A stretch of 63,154 nucleotides of DNA, counting the filler, from Octopus bimaculoides (lineage: Eukaryota): the NCBI RefSeq assembly GCF_001194135.2. It is 8 parts of 6 records of this genome, joined end to end, with 100 filler letters (N's around TTAATTAATTAA, not from the genome) between each part and the next. Parts side by side here need not be neighbours in the genome. Positions count along the whole stretch, not along the records: positions 22,535 to 47,165 come from NC_068989.1; positions 47,266 to 49,784 come from NC_068996.1; positions 49,885 to 56,141 come from NC_069009.1; 5 more parts are not named here. One strand, given 5' to 3'. The notes under the pieces are model-generated. The model searched no databases. It worked only from the letters and a program-made list of their open reading frames with translations, and was not told the DNA's origin. Shown in pieces: positions 38,345 to 50,150 of this stretch. The translations under genes were made by a program, and so were the position numbers. How positions within the stretch are numbered: the first letter of the stretch is position 1; every line of letters begins with the position of its first letter.

Positions 38345-38968
38345 CAGAGTGTCGCAAAAGTCACTGAAGGGTTTCAATTTTTAATAACTTCCTTAACTTT
38401 ACAAATAAAGTTTACAAATAAAGGCATGAAATTTTGATACTTTATAAAGGATATAATGGAAATTAATATACATTAGTCAAATTTTGTAACACCACTTCAT
38501 CATGCAAGAAAAATGACATTGCTTAAATAACAACCATTTTCGGTTCGCACACACCCGTGCTCTTTCCAAAACTTGCACTAGAACACCCTTAAGAATTTCA
38601 GACCCAATTTCTCTGATTTCTCTATTGATGTTCTCCTTCAGTTGCACTAGGGTCTCCGGTTTTGTTGGCATAAACCCTCTCGTACAGGTGTCCCCACAAG
38701 AAAAACCCCGAGCTAGTCAAGTCTGAGGAACGGGAAGGCAACTTAAAGAGAACATCAGAAGAGAAATCAGAGAAGTGAGAAACCGAAAATGGCTGCCATT
38801 TAAGCGATGTCACTTTTGATATGTGATTTAGTGGTTTTGCAATATTTGACGCGTGCATATTAATTTGTATTATGTGCTTTATATTGTATCAAAATTTCAT
38901 AGCCTTATTTGTAAGGTTAAGGAAGTTTTTAAAAATTGAAACCTCTTAGTGAGTTTTGGGACACCCTA
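38345..38968. mobile_element. Foldback Tc1/mariner derivative made of two inverted 3' ends
   Basis: TA-flanked TIRs CAGAGTGTCGCAAAAGTCAC / GTGAGTTTTGGGACACCCT; minus-strand peptides SDLTSSGFFLWGHLYERVYANK and ETLVQLKENINREI; arms complementary over more than 200 bp. Confidence 0.85.
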
Positions 38969-39056
38969 TACAAAGACAATGGGCCGGGCGAAAAGCTTTA
39001 TACAATATATAAAATGATTAATTAAACATTTATTAATACACATACATACATGCATG

Positions 39057-39094
<38 letters not shown>

Positions 39095-39169
39095 ATATAT
39101 ATATATATGCATATATACATACATGCATGTACATACTTGCATATATATGTATATACGCATGCGTATATG

Positions 39170-39729
39170 GGTACAGGAGTCAAAAAACGTAAACAACATA
39201 AAAACGAGAACATGAAATACAAAAACATGGTAAACGAACTTTTGCGAACAGCGAAAGAAACAAATAGCAAAACAAGACAGGCAACATAAAGGACAATCCC
39301 TACATCAGTTATCCACTGTTTTATCTACTCCGCATTTCGAACATTAGGACAAAATGCGTATTCGTCAAAACAGTTGCTCCCGCAAAGCAAATTAAAGAAA
39401 ATTTAAAATTTGCGGAGGGTTAAAGTTGGTAACAAAACAGGACAGTGAAAACAAACGGTAAAGGCTATTAAGCCATAACGAGGTGAAGTGGTGAACGCTG
39501 GAGAAACAAGCTTTCACAGGAGACAGACAAAAATGCGTGCTATCCCTGTAGCTGAACGAGAAGAAAGAAGGAAATTCGAGTGAGGAGAATAAAGATAGCC
39601 GTTGGTCACATCTGAGCAACGAGAGAGTCAAGGAGAAAGAGTGAGGGATAGAAAGGAGACAGATACAGAACGGTGAAGGGGGAGAAGAATTAGAGAACGA
39701 ATGGGAGAGAGAAAAAGAATATAGAAAGA

Positions 39730-39730
<1 letters not shown>
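39170..39730 (-). mobile_element. Penelope-like terminal-repeat remnant with variant hammerhead (39315-39374)
   Basis: Minus ACTGTT-TTGACGA-A..TTCGAAAT..GTA-GATAAAACAGT; homologous to 1130-1770. Confidence 0.6.
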
Positions 39731-39783
<53 letters not shown>

Positions 39784-40029
39784 GATATAGTGATAGAATA
39801 GTGTCGCATCAGAATGATATACATACATATGTATATATATAAAATTAGAGTACATTTGTACACAAAAGAAGTGACCCTGACAGGACACCTCTTTTGTGTA
39901 TAAATATACACTAATTTTATATGAATATGTTGTCTATTGACTATTTTATGCATGCTAGCCACTGGTAGAAAATGTTTCTAATATTCCTACCTGATATATA
40001 TGTATATATATATGTATATATATATGCAA

Positions 40030-40088
<59 letters not shown>

Positions 40089-40109
40089 CATAATACATAC
40101 TTATATATA

Positions 40110-40341
40110 CTCTCTTTACTCTCTTTTACTTTTTACTTGTTTCAGTCATTTGACTGCGGCCATGCTGGAGCACCGCCTTTAGTCGAGAAAATCGACCCCA
40201 TGACTTATTCTTTGTAAGCCTAGTACTTATTCTATCGGTCTCTTTTTGCCGAACCGCTATGTTACGGGGACGTAAACACACCATCATCGGTTGTCAAGCG
40301 ATGTTGGGAGGACAAACACAGACACACAAACATACACACAC

Positions 40342-40372
<31 letters not shown>

Positions 40373-40540
40373 CATATATACGAAGGCTTCTTTCAGTTTC
40401 CGTCTACCAAATCCACCCACAAGGTTTTGGTCGGGCGAGGCTATAGTAGAAGACACTTACCCAAGGTGCCACGCAGTAGGAACGAACCCGAACCATGTGG
40501 TTGGTAAGCAAGCTACTTACCACACAGCCACTCCTGCACC

Positions 40541-40542
<2 letters not shown>
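40110..40542 (-). mobile_element. S1 bipartite SINE, complete, CpG-retaining
   Basis: As 28635-29038; all diagnostic CpGs intact. Confidence 0.92.
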
Positions 40543-40590
<48 letters not shown>

Positions 40591-40713
40591 CGCACATAAG
40601 TACAAATACAGTGCCACAGCTTCAGAATTATTTATACATGCATATTTATTCGTAGCAGCTTCTTGAAACTGATATATACACATATTTACATATACTTATA
40701 TATACACATATAA

Positions 40714-40833
<120 letters not shown>

Positions 40834-41709
40834 ATAAGAGTTTTGATGCTAATATCCATTTATATTAAAGTTTATTACCTACGTCAACATTTCTGTATAA
40901 GGTCAAAATTCAACTCTCAATTCAAGTTAAATAAGTTAATTACCTTACACATCCTCAGGGTAATAAGTAAAAATTAAACCCCCAAAAAATTATATTCTCT
41001 AAGTCTGATTCATATTCAAATTCTTCCTTAAATATAAGTCCGAAATATCATCAGACTATGGATAACTGGCTAACTTAATTACAACAGGTATTTAGTCCAT
41101 TTTTTGTATTATAGTGCATTGTTGTACCATTGAAAACTTTTTATTCTTTACAAACAATACACAATGCTTCCAGCTAACTACAATACTCTCTTATATATAT
41201 ATATATATNNNNNNNNNNNNNNNNNNNNNNNNNNNNNNNNNNNNNNNNNNNNNNNNNNNNNNNNNNNNNNNNNNNNNNNNNNNNNNNNNNNNNNNNNNNN
41301 NNNNNNNNNNNNNNNNNNNNNNNNNNNNNNNNNNNNNNNNNNNNNNNNNNNNNNNNNNNNNNNNNNNNNNNNNNNNNNNNNNNNNNNNNNNNNNNNNNNN
41401 NNNNNNNNNNNNNNNNNNNNNNNNNNNNNNNNNNNNNNNNNNNNNNNNNNNNNNNNNNNNNNNNNNNNNNNNNNNNNNNNNNNNNNNNNNNNNNNNNNNN
41501 NNNNNNNNNNNNNNNNNNNNNNNNNNNNNNNNNNNNNNNNNNNNNNNNNNNNNNNNNNNNNNNNNNNNNNNNNNNNNNNNNNNNNNNNNNNNNNNNNNNN
41601 NNNNNNNNNNNNNNNNNNNNNNNNNNNNNNNNNNNNNNNNNNNNNNNNNNNNNNNNNNNNNNNNNNNNNNNNNNNNNNNNNNNNNNNNNNNNNNNNNNNN
41701 NTTCTAGTT

Positions 41710-42070
41710 AATTTTAGTTAATTTTTACTTATTTTCAGATCATTAAAATGGAATGTCAAGTTAAGAAAAACGAGCATTTTCGACACCTCTTTTTTGCTTT
41801 TAATCAAGGTTCTAAGGCCGCAAAAGCTGCTCGCGACATTTGTGCTGTGTATGGAGAGGATGCTATAGCTGAAAGAACCGCTCGTCATTGGTATGCCAAG
41901 TTCAAAAATGGAAATTTTGACCTCAAAGACGCACCTTGTCCTGGCCGTACGATGAAGAGCGATTAAACTAACATTTGCACGAAAATTCTCGTCAAACGAC
42001 AAGGAAACTGGCAGAGGAAATGGGATGCTCCCAGGCTGCTATAGAGAAGCATCGTCACTCGATGGGAAGC
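41710..42070 (+). mobile_element. mariner transposase N-terminal HTH fragment
   Basis: NEHFRHLFFAFNQGSKAAKAARDICAVYGEDAIAERTARHWYAKFKNGNFDLKDAPCPGR. Confidence 0.9.
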
Positions 42071-42939
42071 CTCTTCACCCGTATGCACGGCCACACACAC
42101 ACACGCTCGCAACACGCTCGCACCCATGCACACGCGCGCAAAAAAGGTTCATACACATGTCAATATACGCACATGCCCAAAAAGAAAACAGAACTAAAAG
42201 CAAAATACAGAAAAAAGTGTAAAAAACGTGTGAAAAAGCTATAAGTGCAAAACGCATCTATATGCGCATATTCTCGCATGCACGCATATACATCTATATG
42301 CGCAGGTTACCGCGCACACACACATATCTACAAGACGCATAGGAAGAAAACAGGGTGGAAGGGAGAATACAGAAAAAATATGTGTGAAAAAGATACAAAA
42401 CATTATGTCTATAAATATGTATAAAATATATAAAAAATATATAACAAAAAATATGTGTTTTGGCTTAGGCCCTGTTTNNNNNNNNNNNNNNNNNNNNNNN
42501 NNNNNNNNNNNNNNNNNNNNNNNNNNNNNNNNNNNNNNNNNNNNNNNNNNNNNNNNNNNNNNNNNNNNNNNNNNNNNTATTGTTTTCATACTCGGTCATA
42601 ATGTCTTACGTCTAAGATGATTCCCATTCGTTCCCTGAAGAGAAGGTTACAATTTTAATATCACAGATCCCTATGGATCACATAGGTTGTAATCCTTTGA
42701 AACATATGTAGGAATAAAGTATGCAATTATAACATGCGTTTTCTCCATTCCTTAAATTTTTAAATATATATATATATATTGGCGAATGTGTGGGTGAGCA
42801 TGAGTGTTTCAAGCGAGGGTGGATGAGTATATACATATAGGCGCATATACGTGGGTGTGCGGGTGCGCATGTGTATGTATGGATTGGTGTGCTTACGCGA
42901 ATACTATGGACTTTTTTACTCCCTTAACTTTACTCCCTC

Positions 42940-43205
42940 CCCTCACTTAGCGGTCATTCTAATAGCTCTTTTGTCATAATAACGGTCAACCACACAGTAA
43001 TTTCCCTTTGTTTAACGGTCATTTTCATAGGAATTATCAATGGCCAGATAACTGAAGAGATGGCGGGTTGGGTTTCCGCCCCAGCATCCGAAACTCGGAG
43101 TTTTATCATGGCTACCGAATAATTGTCACATATTTTCACAGATAAATTCCTCTATTTACATAATATCGAGGTCTCTTTCTTTCTTTTGTTGTCTTTTCTA
43201 TCAAT
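42940..43205 (+). mobile_element. Probable Penelope-like terminal repeat hosting a hammerhead
   Basis: Contains the intact motif at 43041-43114 followed by a T-rich tail and a gap. Confidence 0.55.
43041..43114 (+). ncRNA. Type I hammerhead ribozyme motif, complete core
   Basis: TGGCCAGATAA-CTGAAGA-GATG..CATC-C-GAAAC-TCGGA-GTT^TTATC-A-TGGCTA; stem I 5+6 bp with a 1-nt bulge. Confidence 0.8.
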
Positions 43206-43889
43206 ANNNNNNNNNNNNNNNNNNNNNNNNNNNNNNNNNNNNNNNNNNNNNNNNNNNNNNNNNNNNNNNNNNNNNNNNNNNNNNNNNNNNNNNNNNNNNN
43301 NNNNNNNNNNNNNNNNNNNNNNNNNNNNNNNNNNNNNNNNNNNNNNNNNNNNNNNNNNNNNNNNNNNNNNNNNNNNNNNNNNNNNNNNNNNNNNNNNNNN
43401 NNNNNNNNNNNNNNNNNNNNNNNNNNNNNNNNNNNNNNNNNNNNNNNNNNNNNNNNNNNNNNNNNNNNNNNNNNNNNNNNNNNNNNNNNNNNNNNNNNNN
43501 NNNNNNNNNNNNNNNNNNNNNNNNNNNNNNNNNNNNNNNNNNNNNNNNNNNNNNNNNNNNNNNNNNNNNNNNNNNNNNNNNNNNNNNNNNNNNNNNNNNN
43601 NTATATATATATATATATTTAGCCAGTGAAACCTCGGAAGAGCAGCTTTTAGTCTACCCTTCTTTTGAATAATTACTGCCTCTGAGGTTCCCTTTAGCTA
43701 TATATAGCCGGGGATGGTTAGAGTGATCCGGCAAGCGCGCAGCCTTCGGTGCAAGGTGGCACCGACCACTTGAAAACAACGGGCGTTTAGGTGCGGTTAT
43801 GATCCGTGCATCGAGGGATAAAAGAAACCGTAATTTCGCAATATTATTTTATTCGTTTAGTTTTACATGTTATTACTTTTACCAACCAC

Positions 43890-44105
43890 AACGTTTTCTG
43901 CATCTAAAGCAATGCATCGATCCAAAGGCTTCTTCCACTGATCGTTGCTATCCTGGAACTCTTGTGAAGCGATCCCTTTTATCGCTTCCGTCGTTGTTTT
44001 TTTCGCATCTTCCACGTCTACAAAACGTTTTCCTTAAAAAAACTCTTTTCATTCGCAGGAATTTTTTTAGAAAGTCACAGACAACGAGATCGGGTGAATA
44101 TGGAG
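43890..44105 (-). mobile_element. mariner transposase C-terminal fragment
   Basis: PPYSPDLVVCDF...GKRFVDVEDAKKTTTEAIKGI...QW...DRCIA. Confidence 0.85.
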
Positions 44106-44108
44106 GAG

Positions 44109-44740
44109 TAAAATTTAGTAAAATGGATTAGGTATAGGAAAGGGAAATAAGTCATAGACTTCAAGTGTTGCCTTCCAAAATTCCTGTTATTTTTCCAGTG
44201 GTGGATAAGTGGATACAGTTTTTCTAAGGAGGAATTTTTTAGGAAGGGAGAATTTAGGCAGCGGTTCTTATTTTGTTTACATATAAATACACGTTACGAT
44301 TACAGTGTTGGGTTTAAAGGTACTTAATCCATTTTACTAAATTTTACTCCTCTTTCACTCTAACATTTTCCCCTATTCTTCTTATGCCCTCTTCAATCAG
44401 AAAAATATACTGTACCTATTGGTAACTGACTCTTGTATGTATCGGCTACCCTAACTATTTAGGCTATTTAAACCCTCTGAAGAAGCGTAGAGGCACACTC
44501 AACATCCAGACTCTATCTACCCATCCCTATAGAACACTGAAGAGATGGAGGTAGCATGGAAGATTTCGTAGCCTCTTGGCAGAAACGGCCGTTAGGAACT
44601 GAGCTTTTAATCTTTTAATATTTTACTGTTTTATGTATTACTAGTTCATATTTGTGTAGCACACAGTCTTTGGTTGTGTATGTATTCTTATAATACTTCC
44701 TTGTGTTTTAGAATAAACAGACATAATAGAATGTCTACCG
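44109..44740. mobile_element. Probable Penelope-like remnant with inverted segment and decayed hammerhead (44537-44596)
   Basis: AAAATTTAGTAAAATGGATTA.GTA (from about 44110) is inverted at about 44320-44345; CTGAAGA...GAAACGGCCGTT. Confidence 0.45.
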
Positions 44741-44799
44741 GCTGATGTATGTCATTTTTGTATCCTCTCCATTTTGCCGTATATATGTATATATATATA

Positions 44800-47148
44800 C
44801 AATGATACCTCGTAGTACGTGTTTAATTCGTTCCATGACCGAGATCGTTTTACGATTTACTCATTTTATAAATTAATTTTCCCCATGGCAATTAGCTAAA
44901 ATATAATTAATCCGTTCCAGCCTCCCTCCCAAAACCTCCCAAAAGTAATATTTTATGGGTTTTAAAACAGAAAAAGTGTAGTTACGATTAAATGACAATT
45001 ATGAAAAGAGAATACAAAAGAAATATGTAAACTAGTTTTATTAACTGAATTCCTTAAAGATTTGTGCGCGAGGAAGGCGAAAGAGCGGGGAAGAGGAGAA
45101 TTACTGTTTCGAAGGAGAAACTTCTTCCATTAAGACTTCAGGAAGAACAATTTCTATCATTTTCTCTCTGACTTCGCTTAATTTAGGCATTTTGGACACA
45201 CTTTCTTCATTTTTTACATTTGCTTTTATTCGAAACATATCAAGAGAAGTCTGTTTTCTCCTGCCTTTCACAAAGTTACGAAAATGTACCAGAGCGATGT
45301 CATTAAATAAAGCCGCTGCACAACCTGTAGCTATTTTTTCAGGATTATATTTTTCTACAAGTTCAGAAACATACTGCCACTTCACCAACACTGCCTTTAT
45401 GTCACTCGTAGAGATAGTATTCTCTGCTACATCGTCCTAGTTCGAGGAACCAATCTCTTCCACCGCATCCAAATGCTGCTGCTCCTGAAGCTTCTCTGAG
45501 TGTTCCTCGACGAGACCGTCAGTGTCCCCATCATCAACCTCGAGGCTCAAGAGACACTATCTCCTCAACTACAGGTGTCTCAAACTCAAACCCTTCGAAG
45601 TCTCTTTCAGATACGCAGTAAGACTACAGTTCCCTCCATGCAGAATTCAGCGTTCTCCTCGTTACACCCTACCAAGCTATATCGATGATTTTCAGGCAGT
45701 TTACAATGTTGAGGTGCTCCTTCCAAAACTCATTAAGATTTATATTTTCGGGGATTTCAAAGTACCGACAAAACAGGTGTTTGGTGTACAATTTCTTAAA
45801 ATTAGAAATCACCTGTTGGTTCATGGCTGCAAGGTGTTGCGCGAAAGGTACGAACTTTTATAAATTTAGATTCGTCCAGGATATCATCTTTGAGATTAGG
45901 TGAGTGGGCAGGAGCATTTTCGAGGATGAGGAGGGCCTTGAGAGGAAGATTGTTCTCCAATAGGAACTTTTTCACTGCTGGTCCGAAGACAAGGCTGACC
46001 CACTCGGAGAAGAATTGCCTGGTGACCCAGGGTTTAACGTTTTCCTCCACATGACCTGCAGCTTCTCCTTCACGATTTTGTATGACTTGAACTCTCGTAG
46101 GTTTTTGTAATGATAGACAAGGAGCGGCTTAATGTTCATGTCTCCACTTGCATTGGCACAAAAGGCGAGAGTTAGCCTATCTTTCATAGGCTTGTGGCCT
46201 GGCATTTTCTTCTCCTCTGCAATTATGTAGGTTCTTCTGGGCATTTTTTCCAAAACAGGCCAGTTTCATCACAGTTGAACACCTATTGTGTGATGTACGC
46301 CTCGGCTGCGATGATATGACGAAAATCCCGCACGGAATTTTCATCTGCTTTCGTGTCAGAACTCGCTGCTTTTCCATACCTGACGATGTTATAAACACCA
46401 GTCCTCTTCTTGAAATTATCAAACCAGCCACGGCTAGCCTTAAATGCGTCTGCTGATGTCTCCTCCGTCGATGTTCCAGGCTTCTGCTTCAGAAAATTCC
46501 CATACAACGCTCGTGCTTTCTCGCAGATGATGGTCTCCATAATCATATCCCCTGCAAGTTGCTTCTTGTTGACCCACAGGAGAAGCAATTTCCCCATCCT
46601 TTCGTGGACAGACGTACGTTGCATAAAAGCCTGGAGACATCCATTGCTCTTGTAAGAGCCTCGATCTCGTCCTTTTTCTTCAGGATGGTGCAGATCGTCA
46701 ACGTGCTCCGGTCGTATTGACATGCTATACTCACTATACCACTCCCTCCTCTCTCATGTTTATCAATGATTTCCTTCTTCAATTCCATCGTAATCTGTTT
46801 TTTTATTTCATCTCAGCATTGTCCTTTCCATTAACCTTCTTAGGACCCATGGCTAACACAACTAATCATTATAAAATGATAGCAAAGGATGCACAAAACT
46901 TAACAAAAAACATTAGGAAAAACACAATAGGGATGATGCCACAGCGAGATAAACACATGAACTCAGCGAGCGGAGACTGCGCTTGTTGGGAGAGCGTGTG
47001 CGAGCTCAGCTCCGACTAGCGGTCGCTTGTATGAAAGTCGCTCCTAATGCAAATTTCCGCTCGTACTTCAAGACAAAAATTTGCACTAGCCTCGGGTCGT
47101 ACAGCAAATACTCGTACAAAAATGCACTCGTACTGCGAGGTTCTACTG
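44800..47148 (-). mobile_element. Near full-length Tigger/pogo-like DNA transposon with pseudogenised transposase (about 46850-45101)
   Basis: TIRs CAATGATACCTCGTAGTACG / CGTACTGCGAGGTTCTACTG; MGPKK start, MELKKEII (HTH), FKASRGWFDNFKKR (CENP-B HTH), DETGLFWKKMPRRTYI, KDRLTL..CANASGD, LILENAPAH. Confidence 0.95.
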
Positions 47149-47289
47149 TGTATATATATATATATNNNNNNNNNNNNNNNNNNNNNNNNNNNNNNNNNNN
47201 NNNNNNNNNTTAATTAATTAANNNNNNNNNNNNNNNNNNNNNNNNNNNNNNNNNNNNNNNNNNNNATATATATATATATAAAAAGAGCA

Positions 47290-47570
47290 CCCTCTCAGTT
47301 GCGACGATGAGGATCCCAGCTGATGTGATCAACGGAACAGCCTGCTCGTGAAATTAACATGCAAGTGGCTGAGCACTCCAAAGACATGTGTACTCTTAAC
47401 GTACTTCTCATGGAGATTCAGCATGACACAAATTGTGATAAGGTTGAGTGGACTGAAGCAATGTGAAATAAAGTGTCTTGCTCAAGGACACAACACGTCG
47501 CTGGGAATTGAACTTGCAACCTATGATCATGAGCCGAATGCCCTAACCACTAAGCCATGTGCCATCACAC
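47290..47570 (-). mobile_element. tRNA-derived SINE family S2
   Basis: A box TGGCTTAGTGGTTAGG, B box AGTTCAATTCC, GTGTCCTTGAGCAAGACACT, tail TTAATTTCACGAGCAGGCTGTTCCGTTGAT. Confidence 0.85.
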
Positions 47571-47587
47571 ACACGCACACACATATA

Positions 47588-48783
47588 CAGTAGTGGCCAT
47601 AATATAAGAGTCAGCAAGAACAAGTGTATTGAAATAGTTATTATAGAAGATCAACAAAACGTTGAGACTAGATGTTTTCACATATTTAGATAAATCTAAT
47701 ATCTATGTTTCGTGAAAATTTCAAATGAATGGAATAAATATTTTGTAAGTTATGAGGAAATAAACAAACAATCTTTCAAATTGCAGCAACCAAAAGTTAA
47801 GGGTCACTTAGAAAGAATGAACTACTGAGGTATTTGTTGTTTAGAAGACTGTTAATGGGCCAGCAGTTACTTCTTATGATCTTATTGGAACACTCAACTG
47901 ACAACATGGCAGCTTGTGAGAGACGACCAGTGTCCTGTGATGAAAAACAAAGGATTGTGTGCCTTCACCAAGAGGGCAAGTCAAACTCTGTAATACTGTA
48001 GGAAGGTCTAGAAGTGTTGTGCAACGAATTGTAACTCGTTTTAGATCTCGTAAAATTTCACCAAGGCAGGATTGTATTATGATTAGAATGTCACTGAAGT
48101 TTAAGTTTAAGAGTGCTGCTGAGATATCCCACAAGTTTAGCTCCACTTTCGCCATTAATGTATCGCACAAAACATTTTCTCAGAAGTTACAAGGTTCTGT
48201 GTTGCTTGCTCAGGCACTGGCAAAGAAACCTCTGATCTCCAAGAAAAGAGCCCAGTTTTGTTTCACTCATGAACATGTTGTTTGCACAGAAGAACAACGG
48301 TCACAGGTTCATTTTAGTGATGAATTGAAGTTTAATGTGATTGGTTCCAATTGCGAGATGTATGTCCGATGAAGAAATGGCAAAATATTATCTCGTGCAT
48401 TTGTGAAGAAGACAGTTGAAATATGGAGGAGGCAGTGTAATGGTATGGGGAGTGATCTCTACTGCTGGTCCTGGGCCACTTATTTGCCTACAAGGGTCTG
48501 TCAATGCTGAAATCTACAAGCAGATTCTCAGACAGCATACCCTTCCACATCTCCGATCCTCTTCAGTTCAACTTCCTATCTTCGTGCAGGACAATGTTCC
48601 CTGTCACACTGCGAAGTGAGTAGAAGATTTTTTGAGTGATGAAGGGGTTGATCTCATGGAGTGGCCACCTGAAGGTCCTGATCTCAACCCTACAGAAAAT
48701 GTTTGGAAGATTGTTGGAGATGGGGCACAAAGGGAGAAATCCAAAGAATCAAGATGAACTCTGGGAATTATTGAAAAACAAAC
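47588..48783 (+). mobile_element. Tc1 (DD34E) transposon, disrupted, truncated at the 3' end by a Penelope-like insertion
   Basis: TA|CAGTAGTGGCCATAATAT left end; VHFSDELKFN, KYGGGSVMVWGVIS, FVQDNVPCHTAK, EWPPEGPDLNPTENVW. Confidence 0.9.
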
Positions 48784-48784
48784 A

Positions 48785-49784
48785 GAACAATATTTACATT
48801 ATTTACATTTGACGGATATTTGTCCTCATCTTGTTTGTTGTTAACAACGTTTCGGCTGATATACCCTCCAGCCTTCGTCAGGTGTCTTCATTGGAGGCAT
48901 ATAGAGAAACTCCATCAAAAACTAGCTTGTCTTTCAAACCATCTAACTTTCCTGTGTAGATGTAGAGACTCAAAGCTAATACCACCTGGCTTGAATATAA
49001 TGACACCAGTGGATTCATATAAAGCTAGAAGAGTAGCGGAAAGGGCAGGACATCATGCCCTCGTCTGTGAGAGGATCCATTACAACCGTTGGAAAAAACT
49101 AAATAACGAAATCAAAGAGAGGCTATCTTAATTACTTAGGAAAATAACTAGAGATGACGACAGAAAGAGAATCCAACAAGATCTAGGAAAATTGTACATG
49201 AAAGAATTTGAAACGGTGAAGACACGCCAGATTAAGAAGTTTATGAAACTCAAAGGTCAGAGAATGAAGACTGAAGTTCATCACCCATCTGTGAAAGCAG
49301 TGATTAATGTAAGTAGCCGACGTCTGGAAGACTCCGAAGAAGCCATATTAAACAAAGGTCTCAACTTTGCGACAACCATCAAGCGCATTCCATACTTGGA
49401 CATAATAGCCCCTATTGAAGAGATAGCCATAAAGATACCAAAAGCTCAGGGAGATGAACTAAGGTGAAAGGTGAGACAGGTAATAGAAAAAGTGAAACTT
49501 CCCAAACCAAACATCACTAAGGAAGAAAAGTTCGCTATCAAAAGGCTACAAAGAGACAATTCCATCATAATACTCCCAGCGGACAAGGGAAATGCTACAG
49601 TGGTGATGAACAAGTCTGACTACTCCGAAAAATTGGCAAGTCTTATAAGTGATGGTAGCTACAGTAGAGTAAAGAAAGACCCAACTCTGAAAACAGAGAG
49701 GAAGTTGTCACAGATCTTGATCAAGAACAAGGATCACTTTACACCAACGAAGTACAGACAACTAACTCAACACTACAGTAAACT
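48785..49784 (+). mobile_element. Penelope-like retroelement 5' part (ORF N-terminus to RT start), running into a gap
   Basis: NHLTFLCRCRDSKLIPPGL, LNKGLNFA, IIILPADKGNATVVMNKSDY; internal stops. Confidence 0.92.
48846..48886 (-). ncRNA. Hammerhead-like motif antisense to the PLE ORF (inverted terminal repeat)
   Basis: Minus GACAC-CTGACGA-A-GGCTG-10nt-CAGCC-GAAAC-GTT; core intact, stem I only 2 bp. Confidence 0.55.
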
Positions 49785-49934
49785 NNNNNNNNNNNNNNNN
49801 NNNNNNNNNNNNNNNNNNNNNNNNNNNNTTAATTAATTAANNNNNNNNNNNNNNNNNNNNNNNNNNNNNNNNNNNNNNNNNNNNGTTTTTTGTCTTTTTT
49901 TGAACTTATACATATATATATATATATATATTAT

Positions 49935-49979
49935 CGTACGCTGAAGAAGGGAAATAACCCTGAAACTCGGGTCTGTACG
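49935..49979 (+). ncRNA. Minimal type I hammerhead ribozyme motif, complete core
   Basis: CGTACG-CTGAAGA-AGGG-AAATAA-CCCT-GAAAC-TCGG-GTC^TGTACG; 6-bp stem I, 4-bp stem II, GUC site. Confidence 0.8.
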
Positions 49980-50043
49980 TATCGCAGATCAAGATGGGAA
50001 GGATAACTTCCCTTGGCAAAAAATAGACAGGACACAGATATGT

Positions 50044-50150
50044 GTCGATAAACCAGCTGGAGGAGATGTTCTCCTGGGGCTAAAAGCAACAGTAACATCC
50101 ACCCTTAGGGGTCAGCCACATTTAAATGGCAAATATACTTCACTTTATCG
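50044..50150 (+). repeat. Unclassified repeat; inverted copy at 60625-60783
   Basis: GTCGATAA.CCAGCTGGAGGAGATG..CTCCTGGGGCTAAAAGCAACAGTAACATCCACCC.TAGGGGTCAGCCAC. Confidence 0.85.
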
